Source: Thraustochytrium aureum (taxonomy: Eukaryota). From it: 37,917 bases of DNA. The position numbers were made by a program, and so were the translations under genes. The DNA lies in contig BLSG01000266.1 in assembly GCA_012862495.1 (NCBI GenBank), positions 1,549 through 39,465 on the forward strand, written 5' to 3'. Under the pieces are notes generated by a model, which was not told the DNA's origin, did no database searches, and saw nothing but the letters and a program-made list of their open reading frames with translations. Positions 11,439 to 21,213 of the stretch are shown here, piece by piece (position 1 is the first letter of the stretch; every line of letters starts with the position of its first letter).

Positions 11439-13093
11439 ATGAGCGCGGACAGCGACAGCGAGGTTGAGTGGGCGGGACCGAGGCGAAGAGCAACGCCAAC
11501 GGGCCTAACAAACGGCCCAGAACAGAGCCTGCGGAGGAGCCTGCCGCGCAAGCCGCACAGAAGCAAGCTGCGACATCCCGGCCACCCCCAGTGGCAAGCA
11601 AATCCGACCAAGCCAGCGTGGCCACGCTGGCCGCCCAGACGGCGTCTACGAAGCCTCGAACGTCCCCAACATGGTCGTCGGACGAGCTAGGAACGGAGGA
11701 AGACAGCGCTGCGATGAAGCATGGCGCAGCTGCGTCACGCGACGGGAACGGGGTCAAGGGGGCTAGCAAAGCAGCAGACAGCAGCGCGTCCTCCGAGTCC
11801 GGCTCCGAGGCCGAGCAAGGGCGCGAACTTTGGCCCAAATATGCTGGTCTCATGTACAAGTTTTTGTCGCTAAACGAGACCGAGTCGTCCTCGCTAGTTG
11901 TGGAGTGGCTCGCGCACGAGCTGGGCGACGGCTGCAGTGCCCGCCTGCTGGCAGGGACGCATTTTTCGGAGGAGGGCGAGGGCAGGCTCGAGCGCCTCTT
12001 GTTCACCAAAGTCGACCTTGGGCCCACGTGTCGATCGCGCGGCGAGCCCAAGGCCGACGCCGGCCCCTCCAAGCCACGTCAGACCCCGCTGCAGCAAGTT
12101 GGCGAACTCCGCGTCGATCGGCCCGTGCTCGCAGCTTCCCCAATGCCCCAGAACTGCCATGTGCTAGCTGTGTTTCCAACGAGCTCCGCCCCGCTCCTGC
12201 TTCAGTACGAACCAGGCAACGAGTGGGTACAAGAGCGATCAAGGCTCGCTCTACAGGGGGGGCACTCTACCTTTGGATACGGGCTCGCCTGGAACGCGGT
12301 GGCGCATGGCATGCTCGCCTCGTGTGCAGCGGACGGCTCGTTGGCCGTGTGGGACACCAACAGAGGTGCGACCACGTTTTGCGACAGCGCCTTTGCAAGC
12401 GCAGACGCGAACGGCCTTGCCTGGATCCCTGGTGACGCAAACTGTCTCGTGGTTGTGGACGATAACCAGCGGCTCTCCCTCGTAGACACTCGGGCTGGAA
12501 CCGTTGTTGGTCGCGCACAAGGCGACTCTAGCTTGAACTCGGTTTCTTGCTCACCACATGTTGGGGGTCGCTACATCGCAACGGGCTCCGAAAGCGGGCT
12601 CGTTTGCATCTGGGACGTTCGAGCGTTCGCCTCGAGTTTTGACAGCTCTGGAGCGACACGCTCTCCCATCACCGGTCACCCGTTAGCAGCCAACGCCGCG
12701 AACGCTCTTGCGCCCCGCGAGGTGCACGCGGGAGCAGCTTCAGGGCGCCGCACGTCTGCCTTCACTGCGACGCAATCGCAGGCCCAGGGCAAGTCGCGGC
12801 CAGTCCAGACGCTCCGGCACCACACCAACTCTATTAATTGCGTGCAGTGGAACCCAACACTGCCAAACGTTCTGCTGTCTGCGGGGAACGACTGGGACGT
12901 CTGCATCTGGGGCCGCGAAAGCGCAGCACCATGCGACGACGCAGATGCGCCTCTATTTGTGCATTGCGGCCACCAATTTGAAGTCTCGAATGCATCCTGG
13001 AACACCGCGCAAGATCCTTGGTGCATTGCGTCGACCGCGCTCTCTGGGGAGCTTCAGGTGTGGTCTATAATTGACGCATTGCGGGCAACGTGA
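11439..13093 (+). CDS. RBBP4: Divergent WD40 histone-binding protein RBBP4/RBBP7/MSI1 (CAF-1 p48) with a long N-terminal extension; probable frameshift at ~11470
   Basis: LWPKYAGLMYKFLSLNETESSSLVVEWL resembles [37 protein letters not shown] resembles RLVLGTHTSD, GHSTFGYGLAWN resembles GHQKEGYGLSWN, and LFVHCGHQFEVSNASWN...PWCIASTALSGELQVW resembles LFIHGGHTAKISDFSWN...PWVICSVSEDNIMQVW. Confidence 0.85.
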
Positions 13094-13134
13094 CGCGGTC
13101 ACTGCGGTTCAAGCTCGCCAGTGGGAGTCCAGAG

Positions 13135-13215
13135 ACGAGCTCGAGCTAGAGACGAGACGGGCCTCTCTCTAGAGCTAGAGAGAGCTTGAGCGAGCTTGAG
13201 CGAGCGAGCGAGCGA
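13135..13215. repeat. Intergenic low-complexity (GAGC)n / CTAG-AG tract with a small inverted repeat
   Basis: gagcgagcttgagcgagcgagcgagcg run. The 10-bp inverted arms are ctctctctag (13163-13172) and ctagagagag (13175-13184). Similar CTAG/AG-rich sequence borders both edges of the following gap. Confidence 0.8.
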
Positions 13216-14094
13216 CCTTTGCTCCTCAGCGGCCGCGCACCACAAGAGAATTGCCCGCTTGTTCAGCGCTTAGATCCAAGCAGCCCCAGCTGCTGATCCA
13301 GCAGGTGTCCCAAGAGCGACCCCGTCATGGCGAGTCTCCGTGGCGCTGCACTAGCTCTCTCTACTCTACTAGNNNNNNNNNNNNNNNNNNNNNNNNNNNN
13401 NNNNNNNNNNNNNNNNNNNNNNNNNNNNNNNNNNNNNNNNNNNNNNNNNNNNNNNNNNNNNNNNNNNNNNNNNNNNNNNNNNNNNNNNNNNNNNNNNNNN
13501 NNNNNNNNNNNNNNNNNNNNNNNNNNNNNNNNNNNNNNNNNNNNNNNNNNNNNNNNNNNNNNNNNNNNNNNNNNNNNNNNNNNNNNNNNNNNNNNNNNNN
13601 NNNNNNNNNNNNNNNNNNNNNNNNNNNNNNNNNNNNNNNNNNNNNNNNNNNNNNNNNNNNNNNNNNNNNNNNNNNNNNNNNNNNNNNNNNNNNNNNNNNN
13701 NNNNNNNNNNNNNNNNNNNNNNNNNNNNNNNNNNNNNNNNNNNNNNNNNNNNNNNNNNNNNNNNNNNNNNNNNNNNNNNNNNNNNNNNNNNNNNNNNNNN
13801 NNNNNNNNNNNNNNNNNNNNNNNNNNNNNNNNNNNNNNNNNNNNNNNNNNNNNNNNNNNNNNNNNNNNNNNNNNNNNNNNNNNNNNNNNNNNNNNNNNNN
13901 NNNNNNNNNNNNNNNNNNNNNNNNNNNNNNNNNNNNNNNNNNNNNNNNNNNNNNNNNNNNNNNNNNNNNNNNNNNNNNNNNNNNNNNNNNNNNNNNNNNN
14001 NNNNNNNNNNNNNNNNNNNNNNNNNNNNNNNNNNNNNNNNNNNNNNNNNNNNNNNNAGCTAGCTCTAGAGAGAGAGTGGACCGAGCGAGCCATG

Positions 14095-15753
14095 CTAAGG
14101 CGAGAGCATGGCTTTTCGCTTGGCCTCGCCGTGACCAACCTTAACCCCAAAGACATTGTGCCATTCCATAGTGCGTGTCCGAGCTTCGTAGACGCGGTAC
14201 GCTTCGCGTGCCTCACCCTCCGCCATTCGAAGGTCGATCTGGTGTGCGTTTTTATCCAACCGGGTAGGCAACTCGTTGAACTTGCGCCGGCCCCTTGCCC
14301 GGTTTGCGAGTTGGAGGTCCTGCTCCTTCTGCAACTCCAGCGGAGCAAGGTAGCGCTCGCGCTGCAGGAAAATCGCTGCTCTCCGCCCCTCCTCTCGCCG
14401 ATCCTGGAGGCCCGCTTGCGCAGCGCAAAAGGCGCCAACGCGAGCGGTGTGGGTTTCGAGTTTGGCCCTCTTTGCACCCAAGGCGATGGTTTGTCGCCAC
14501 TCGCAAAATGGGCCCTGCGACTCTTTCGCCGGCGCCTGCGTCGTCGTCACGAGGCGTTCCGTTTCGGGATAAAACCCGTCCAGCCCTGTGCCCGGTCGGA
14601 GGAGCGTTTTCGTCGAATGGTACTTGTCGCTCGCAAACGCGTGCCGCTTGTTCTTGGCCGCGAGCTGTGCGCGCAGCGCCGCCTCAGCATGACAAATGTC
14701 CGCCGCGCTCTTGCTCTTTCGCATTGCAGCTGTTCCCGCAAGGTCATGCCGAAGAGGCTTGGCAAGGCCTCGATGCTTGTGCGTCAGAACAGCCTTGCTG
14801 TTAGACTCGCCGGATCGCGCGAGCGCCGTTTGAACGGCTTGCGCAAAGTTGTTGTAGTCGACCATCTCGCCACAAAGCAACTGAATTGCGAGGCGATCGG
14901 CGTCGCGTGGCTCAAGCCCCAGCGACTGACACTCGGCGAGGACGATGCGCCGAAACACGGCTGGCTCCACCAGCCCAGAACCAGTCTGGTCTTCATCCTG
15001 CAGAGCCGCCAATACCTTGTCGCCCTGCTCGGCCACGCGACGGAGTAGGGAGCGCCCACTGGCTTCCTCGAGGTGCATAGCTCGCCTTTGTCGGGTCTCG
15101 GCGGACGCAGCCTCTCCTTGAGACGCACTCTGCAGTTCAGCGAGCTTGCTGAGATGACGGCTCTCGCGAGCTTCTGCCTCGAGACGGGCTTGCCTTGCTG
15201 CGGCGGCCGCTTGACGCTGCGCTGCCATTTCGTATGTTAGCGGGACGAGGCGGTCCTCGTCGACCACCTTGACCTGGGGCTGGAACTTGTCGTCCTGCCG
15301 CACGAAAGGGTGCTCGCGCGCCTGCCTTGTCGCGGCCAGGAGAGCTACCGGGTCGAGTGGATCAAACTCGGCGCTCAGCAGCGACCTTTGCTCGTGCTCA
15401 GCGAGCTCCTTGGCTTGCTGCTTCGCCACTTGGGATCGTTTGGCCAAGAGGCGTCGCTCAAGCTCTTCGAGGACGTCTCTGCGCGCCGCTTTCGTCTCGG
15501 CTGCGGCATCATGCGCAAGTTCGCCAGCGTCGCTGCCGTGCCGAGTCTCCGCGAACGCCGCCGCCGTGCCCGCCACCAACTCGGCTCTATTCCCTGGCCA
15601 GCCACCTGGCCAGCCACCTTTGAGCTTGTGCAAGCGCGCGCCGCGCGGGGCGGCCAAGTTGGTGCTCCCGCCGCCGCACCGGCGTACCCGCCTCTTCTGT
15701 TCCGCCAGCGCAGCCTCTTGTGCAGCAGCAGCGCGCATTGCCCTCCCGCCCAT
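14095..15753 (-). CDS. Hypothetical coiled-coil protein with a degenerate EF-hand pair
   Basis: Uninterrupted ORF with protein-like composition (A/E/R/Q-rich helices). The EF-hand-like segment is LQDEDQTGSGLVEPAVFRRIV...GEMVDYNNFAQAV. Start taken at the ATG of MGGRAMR (15753); the ORF is open up to 16062. Confidence 0.7.
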   Translation of the reverse strand: MGGRAMRAAAAQEAALAEQKRRVRRCGGGSTNLAAPRGARLHKLKGGWPGGWPGNRAELVAGTAAAFAETRHGSDAGELAHDAAAETKAARRDVLEELERRLLAKRSQVAKQQAKELAEHEQRSLLSAEFDPLDPVALLAATRQAREHPFVRQDDKFQPQVKVVDEDRLVPLTYEMAAQRQAAAAARQARLEAEARESRHLSKLAELQSASQGEAASAETRQRRAMHLEEASGRSLLRRVAEQGDKVLAALQDEDQTGSGLVEPAVFRRIVLAECQSLGLEPRDADRLAIQLLCGEMVDYNNFAQAVQTALARSGESNSKAVLTHKHRGLAKPLRHDLAGTAAMRKSKSAADICHAEAALRAQLAAKNKRHAFASDKYHSTKTLLRPGTGLDGFYPETERLVTTTQAPAKESQGPFCEWRQTIALGAKRAKLETHTARVGAFCAAQAGLQDRREEGRRAAIFLQRERYLAPLELQKEQDLQLANRARGRRKFNELPTRLDKNAHQIDLRMAEGEAREAYRVYEARTRTMEWHNVFGVKVGHGEAKRKAMLSP

Positions 15754-16091
15754 CGCGCACGGTCTCCTCCCGCCTGCGCCTGCCTGGCTTCCTGCTCGCC
15801 TGCGCGACAGCGTCTGCGCACAACGCAACGCGGCGCAAGGCAACGCGATGCGCGCCAATCCCATGCACACTTGCGGCTCCCTCGAGACGAAACGAGCGCG
15901 AATGACGGCCGACTTTTCCAAGTCTCTTGGGCGTCCACGCGACCCAAATCCCACTCGTCGCGCGGACCCCGCAGGCGGCCTCACAGGAACGCGTGCAGCG
16001 GCAGCCGGCGGCTCTCTCTGGCGCGCGAGGGGTTCTGTAGGAGAACGCTCGCGCCGCCTCAACGGACATCTGTCTCACCAAACGGTCCTCC

Positions 16092-19000
16092 ATGCCGTCC
16101 TGCATGATGCGCAGTGCAGCAACAGCTGCAGCCGCGATTCGGCCGGCTGAGGTCGCCCCAGGCCAGGCAAACAGCGAGCCATCCGCCTGGAGAAGCCCCA
16201 GGCCAGCCNNNNNNNNNNNNNNNNNNNNNNNNNNNNNNNNNNNNNNNNNNNNNNNNNNNNNNNNNNNNNNNNNNNNNNNNNNNNNNNNNNNNNNNNNNNN
16301 NNNNNNNNNNNNNNNNNNNNNNNNNNNNNNNNNNNNNNNNNNNNNNNNNNNNNNNNNNNNNNNNNNNNNNNNNNNNNNNNNNNNNNNNNNNNNNNNNNNN
16401 NNNNNNNNNNNNNNNNNNNNNNNNNNNNNNNNNNNNNNNNNNNNNNNNNNNNNNNNNNNNNNNNNNNNNNNNNNNNNNNNNNNNNNNNNNNNNNNNNNNN
16501 NNNNNNNNNNNNNNNNNNNNNNNNNNNNNNNNNNNNNNNNNNNNNNNNNNNNNNNNNNNNNNNNNNNNNNNNNNNNNNNNNNNNNNNNNNNNNNNNNNNN
16601 NNNNNNNNNNNNNNNNNNNNNNNNNNNNNNNNNNNNNNNNNNNNNNNNNNNNNNNNNNNNNNNNNNNNNNNNNNNNNNNNNNNNNNNNNNNNNNNNNNNN
16701 NNNNNNNNNNNNNNNNNNNNNNNNNNNNNNNNNNNNNNNNNNNNNNNNNNNNNNNNNNNNNNNNNNNNNNNNNNNNNNNNNNNNNNNNNNNNNNNNNNNN
16801 NNNNNNNNNNNNNNNNNNNNNNNNNNNNNNNNNNNNNNNNNNNNNNNNNNNNNNNNNNNNNNNNNNNNNNNNNNNNNNNNNNNNNNNNNNNNNNNNNNNN
16901 NNNNNNNNNNNNNNNNNNNNNNNNNNNNNNNNNNNNNNNNNNNNNNNNNNNNNNNNNNNNNNNNNNNNNNNNNNNNNNNNNNNNNNNNNNNNNNNNNNNN
17001 NNNNNNNNNNNNNNNNNNNNNNNNNNNNNNNNNNNNNNNNNNNNNNNNNNNNNNNNGCAAGCTGCGCTGCAAGAACAAGACACCTTGCGCGAGGGCCTTC
17101 GCCAAGCGATGGCCGAGAACGGGGCAGAGCTGAACAAGACCCGAAAGCGGCTCGAAGCCACACAGAGAGCAGCGCAGCGCGCTTCTCAGGACGGAAGCAA
17201 ATTGCAAGAGCGCCTCACGGTGGTCTGCGATGCCCTGGCTAGCGCAGAAAAACGCGAGGCGGATGTTCGGGACAAGCTCGCCGACGCTATCAAGAGCCTT
17301 GAAAGTGCCACGACAACCGAGAGTGATCTTCGCGATGCTGTTGAATCGCTGCGAGCACGGTGCAACGCCCTCGAGGTCCAGCTCGGAGAAGAACGCAAGC
17401 GCGCCACGTCCCGGCTCGAAGAGAAAGCTGTGCTAGCCAAGCGCGTCTCTGCGCGAGACGAAGAGCTGGCCGCCATGGAGCGCGCGGCCAAGACGCGCAT
17501 CAAGTCACTCGAAGATCGGGTTCGCGCGACGGAGGGTGAGAAGGAACAGCAACGCATCGAGATGGAGGGGCTGCTGAGGCAAGTCGGCTGCGACCTCGAA
17601 GAGCTCAAGGCCGCAAGGGCCGAGGAGGTCGTTGCAGCTCGCGAGGCGCACGCGGCTGCATGCCGCGAATCAGCAAAACGTATCCGCGAGGCAGAGGACA
17701 AAGCCAGCATGAGTGCTGGCGCTCTATCGGCAAGCAAAGCGGCCATCGCGGAGCTCGCGGCAAAGCTGGCATCCACGGAAGCCGAGTGCGCGTCGCTCGG
17801 TGAGCGCCTAGGCGCAGCCGAGGCCGCAGCAAAGCAAGCTCGTGCGCGCGCAGCGCAGGTCGCGCTTGAGTTGGACAAGCATGACAAGGAAGCAAGCAAA
17901 TCCCTCCATGCAGCAAAGGCAGAGGTTTCAAGGACGGCACAGTCTACCGAGCGGATGAGCAAGCAGCTTCGGCAAACCGAGCAAGACCGCGATCGGGGGC
18001 GGGACCAGCTCAAAGCGGCTGCTGGCGCTCTCGAGATGGAGCGAAAACAGTGGAAGGCCACGGAAGCTGCTCTCGAAGGCAAGCTTGCCAAAGCGCTAGA
18101 AGCAACGCGAAGGCAAGAGGCGGCACTCACAAAGGCAGAGCAGGACGAGGCTCGGGCGACGTCCACAATCGCCCAAATGGAGGCCGAACACAAAGCTGCG
18201 GTTGCCGAGTGGGCAGGAAAGCTTCAAACGGCAGAGGCCGGGGCAACCGAGCAGCTTGATCAGAGCAACGCACAGCGCAAGACGCTTGAGCAAGCATTGG
18301 ACGAAACGCGTTCCCAGATGCGGTGCTTGGAGGAGGCGAACCAGAGCCTATTGCGCGAGGTGGCAGAAGCTCGCGCTGCTTCCAACGCGCGCGACGAACA
18401 AGTCTCGTCTCAGCTTGATTACGCCAAATCGCTGCAAGACAAACTCCGCAGCGAGTTGGACGCTCTGCAGCGGGACCTCGAGCGGCGGACGCATGAGTAT
18501 GCCGCATCGCGGCAACAGCAAGCCAAAGCACACCAGTCGCAGTTGCAGGAGCTGGCCGTGGCGCTCGAAGAGGAGCAGCGGCGACGATGCGCAGCGGAGC
18601 AGCGTTGCTCAGAGGTGGGCAGCGAGCTCGCGACCCTTCAGCAGTCAACTGCGAGCCAAATCGTTGGCTTCAACGAGCGGACCCGCGCTCTGTGCGGNNN
18701 NNNNNNNNNNNNNNNNNNNNNNNNNNNNNNNNNNNNNNNNNNNNNNNNNNNNNNNNNNNNNNNNNNNNNNNNNNNNNNNNNNNNNNNNNNNNNNNNNNNN
18801 NNNNNNNNNNNNNNNNNNNNNNNNNNNNNNNNNNNNNNNNNNNNNNNNNNNNNNNNNNNNNNNNNNNNNNNNNNNNNNNNNNNNNNNNNNNNNNNNNNNN
18901 NNNNNNNNNNNNNNNNNNNNNNNNNNNNNNNNNNNNNNNNNNNNNNNNNNNNNNNNNNNNNNNNNNNNNNNNNNNNNNNNNNNNNNNNNNNNNNNNNNNN

Positions 19001-19403
19001 NNNNNNNNNNNNNNNNNNNNNNNNNNNNNNNNNNNNNNNNNNNNNNNNNNNNNNNNNNNNNNNNNNNNNNNNNNNNNNNNNNNNNNNNNNNNNNNNNNNN
19101 NNNNNNNNNNNNNNNNNNNNNNNNNNNNNNNNNNNNNNNNNNNNNNNNNNNNNNNNNNNNNNNNNNNNNNNNNNNNNNNNNNNNNNNNNNNNNNNNNNNN
19201 NNNNNNNNNNNNNNNNNNNNNNNNNNNNNNNNNNNNNNNNNNNNNNNNNNNNNNNNNNNNNNNNNNNNNNNNNNNNNNNNNNNNNNNNNNNNNNNNNNNN
19301 NNNNNNNNNNNNNNNNNNNNNNNNNNNNNNNNNNNNNCCAAGGCCGTGCGGTGACAGCGAGGTGTGGCGTCAGCTAGAAGAGCTGATTCGTCCAAGGCCG
19401 TGA
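16092..19403 (+). CDS. Long coiled-coil protein (myosin-tail/centrosomal-like), interrupted by two gaps
   Basis: 17058-18697 is about 545 aa of continuous heptad-rich A/E/K/R/Q/L sequence. Linkage to the 16092 ATG and the 19403 stop across the gaps is inferred. Confidence 0.75.
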   Translation: MPSCMMRSAATAAAAIRPAEVAPGQANSEPSAWRSPRPAXXXXXXXXXXXXXXXXXXXXXXXXXXXXXXXXXXXXXXXXXXXXXXXXXXXXXXXXXXXXXXXXXXXXXXXXXXXXXXXXXXXXXXXXXXXXXXXXXXXXXXXXXXXXXXXXXXXXXXXXXXXXXXXXXXXXXXXXXXXXXXXXXXXXXXXXXXXXXXXXXXXXXXXXXXXXXXXXXXXXXXXXXXXXXXXXXXXXXXXXXXXXXXXXXXXXXXXXXXXXXXXXXXXXXXXXXXXXXXXXXXXXXXXXXXXXXXXXXXXXXXXXXXXXXXXXXXXXXXXXXXXQAALQEQDTLREGLRQAMAENGAELNKTRKRLEATQRAAQRASQDGSKLQERLTVVCDALASAEKREADVRDKLADAIKSLESATTTESDLRDAVESLRARCNALEVQLGEERKRATSRLEEKAVLAKRVSARDEELAAMERAAKTRIKSLEDRVRATEGEKEQQRIEMEGLLRQVGCDLEELKAARAEEVVAAREAHAAACRESAKRIREAEDKASMSAGALSASKAAIAELAAKLASTEAECASLGERLGAAEAAAKQARARAAQVALELDKHDKEASKSLHAAKAEVSRTAQSTERMSKQLRQTEQDRDRGRDQLKAAAGALEMERKQWKATEAALEGKLAKALEATRRQEAALTKAEQDEARATSTIAQMEAEHKAAVAEWAGKLQTAEAGATEQLDQSNAQRKTLEQALDETRSQMRCLEEANQSLLREVAEARAASNARDEQVSSQLDYAKSLQDKLRSELDALQRDLERRTHEYAASRQQQAKAHQSQLQELAVALEEEQRRRCAAEQRCSEVGSELATLQQSTASQIVGFNERTRALCXXXXXXXXXXXXXXXXXXXXXXXXXXXXXXXXXXXXXXXXXXXXXXXXXXXXXXXXXXXXXXXXXXXXXXXXXXXXXXXXXXXXXXXXXXXXXXXXXXXXXXXXXXXXXXXXXXXXXXXXXXXXXXXXXXXXXXXXXXXXXXXXXXXXXXXXXXXXXXXXXXXXXXXXXXXXXXXXXXXXXXXXXXXXXXXXXXXXXXXXXXXXXXXXXXXXXXPRPCGDSEVWRQLEELIRPRP

Positions 19404-19538
19404 GATGTGGGGCGTTAGAAGCTTGGACAAGTATTGCCTTTCTTTTCGCAGCGTTGCTTTCTTGACCAACTACGCTCCAAAGACTCAGTCAGGCGGACAC
19501 AAACCACGCAGAGTGGCTAAAGCAGGATGGCCTGAAGC

Positions 19539-20060
19539 TCAAACTGCGAGTCCATCGAAACAGAGCTCGCCGTCAGGCGCCCACCGCAAGCTGTCGGCCA
19601 GCATGGCGGCAACGTCGACCTGGCGGGCAAGATGCGCCCCTGCGAGGTCGCGGTGCTGCGCAGTGACCTGAAATACTTTGCACGTGTCAGGAACGTGGAC
19701 GGAGACGTGGAGGCGGCTCTTGTCTCGGCAGTCGAGCATCAAGGTTACGAGGGCGTAGACGTGGCCGATTTTCTTCCCTGCCCTGTACAGAATGCGCCCT
19801 GAGCGTTCCTTGGAGGCCGCGGCCACAGGACCAGCAACAGCGCGGCGTTTTGGCTTGCTCGAGCTCGATGTGCCAGGGACACAGTGCGCTTCGTACCGTT
19901 CATCGCTCATCGTCGTCGTTGTCGTCGTCGTCGTCGTCGTCACACGCTTGGAAAACTTGCAGTCGAGGGCGAGCGCCACGGCGAGCTTCCTCCGGGGCGT
20001 GCAGGGCGGGGAGGCCCCATCCAGCCGTGGCGTCCCGAGCGGTCCCACGAGGGCCTCCAT
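19539..20060 (-). CDS. Small hypothetical protein
   Basis: ORF with a globular-looking beta-rich C-terminus (GRILYRAGKKIGHVYALVTLMLD...LHVSVHVPDTCKVFQVTA) and a poly-Thr run. It is convergent with the coiled-coil gene. The start could instead be the ATG at 19910. Confidence 0.55.
   Translation of the reverse strand: MEALVGPLGTPRLDGASPPCTPRRKLAVALALDCKFSKRVTTTTTTTTTTMSDERYEAHCVPGTSSSSKPKRRAVAGPVAAASKERSGRILYRAGKKIGHVYALVTLMLDCRDKSRLHVSVHVPDTCKVFQVTAQHRDLAGAHLARQVDVAAMLADSLRWAPDGELCFDGLAV
19911..19941. repeat. (GTC/GAC)n trinucleotide microsatellite
   Basis: cgtcgtcgttgtcgtcgtcgtcgtcgtcgtc; it encodes poly-Thr on the minus strand if that part of the ORF is translated. Confidence 0.9.
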
Positions 20061-20269
20061 CTTCGCTCCAGGAGAGCGCACTGCCGCGTCAATCATCGCT
20101 CGATGCGACCGGGTGTCCGTTGTCGCCTTCGTGGACGAACGAACAAACGCTGTACCGAGGGCCCATCAGCATGAACAGCAACTGTCGCGACGCACGCAGG
20201 CATGCACTGGCGCGCTCGCTCGCGGGTGAGTGAGTGCGTGCGTGAGCAGCGGCATAAGTATAAGTGCGC

Positions 20270-20592
20270 TGGCAGGCATACTCGGCAGGCATACCGCTAC
20301 AGGCAAGCAGGCACTCTCGGGCAGGCGTACTGCTCAAGCCAGCAAGAGCTAGAGGCAGGCACGTAGGCACACGCAGGCAGGCAGGCACGCAGGCAGGCAG
20401 GCAGGCATTCTGCCCCGAGTACTAGCTAGGCTCGCGTGGAGTACGAGTACTCCTATGTAGGACGGGCATACAGCGCATGCGCATTGGGCAGGCATAGATA
20501 GACGCACAGGGCAGGCATACGCTTCAGCGGCAGGCAGGCGTAGACGCTAAAGTCAGGCAGGCAGGCACGCGCTTCGCCGGCAGGCAGGCATA
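20270..20592. repeat. Degenerate (GGCA)n / GCAG-rich satellite-like tract in a divergent intergenic region
   Basis: Many copies of ggcaggca, ggcaggcata and gcaggcac lie between the small minus-strand gene and the histone-fold gene. Confidence 0.8.
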
Positions 20593-20635
20593 TTCCATAC
20601 CGAAACGCGGCAGGCCGTGCGTGGCCACAGAGCAC

Positions 20636-21213
20636 ATGGCGAGCGACGGAGGCAAGGCCGCGCTGGAGCTGAATGCCGCGAGCTTGTCGAAAGGGGTGAG
20701 CGGCGCGAGTAGCAGCGGTCAAAACGGGCGCAGCGGCAAGGGCAGCGGAGCGAAGGGCAGCGCCTCGACGAGTCCAAGCAGCAGCAAGTCTGGAGAGAAG
20801 AAGACCAAAGCAGAAGCGGGCGCCGCCAAAGGCCCCGCGCCACCTGGCAAGACCAGCGAAAAGGCAAAGCCAGAAGCCTCCAAAGAGGAAGGCGCCGCTG
20901 ACGGGCCGAAACGGAAGCGGTCAAGGATGTCCCAGGGCGAGTGGGCCGATGGCGAGGTGATTCGCTCAGGCACGATCCGCAGAATCATGAAGCTCGAAAA
21001 GGATGTCAAGATGACCGGTTCGGAGGCTGTCTTCTTGGTCTCCAAGGCTTGCGAGCTCTTCGTCGGCCTCCTGGTGGACAGAACTGTGCTGCGGGCACAC
21101 AGCGAGGACCGCAAGATTGTAAAGTACCAGGACGCAGCGGCCGTTGTCGCGGGGGACCCCATGCTCGAGCTTTTCGCTGACTTTTGCCGGAGACCACGCG
21201 CTTGCCAAAGTAG
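20636..21213 (+). CDS. H2A-like histone-fold protein (POLE4/Dpb3/CHRAC1/NF-YC family) with a lysine-rich N-terminal extension
   Basis: IRSGTIRRIMKLEKDVKMTGSEAVFLVSKACELFVGLL...RKIVKYQDAAAVVAGDPMLELFADF is the CBFD_NFYB_HMF/POLE4-type fold. Restoring one T in the T-run at 21182-21185 gives ADFLPETTRLPK-stop (TAG 21211-21213), the usual family ending. Confidence 0.88.

Noticed and set aside
14057..15048. Long plus-strand ORF opposite the 14095 gene, and similar antisense ORFs (e.g. 35394..36095, 36837..37817, 8440-9253 minus)
   Set aside because: These are shadow ORFs typical of GC-rich coding DNA; the opposite strand carries the recognisable protein.
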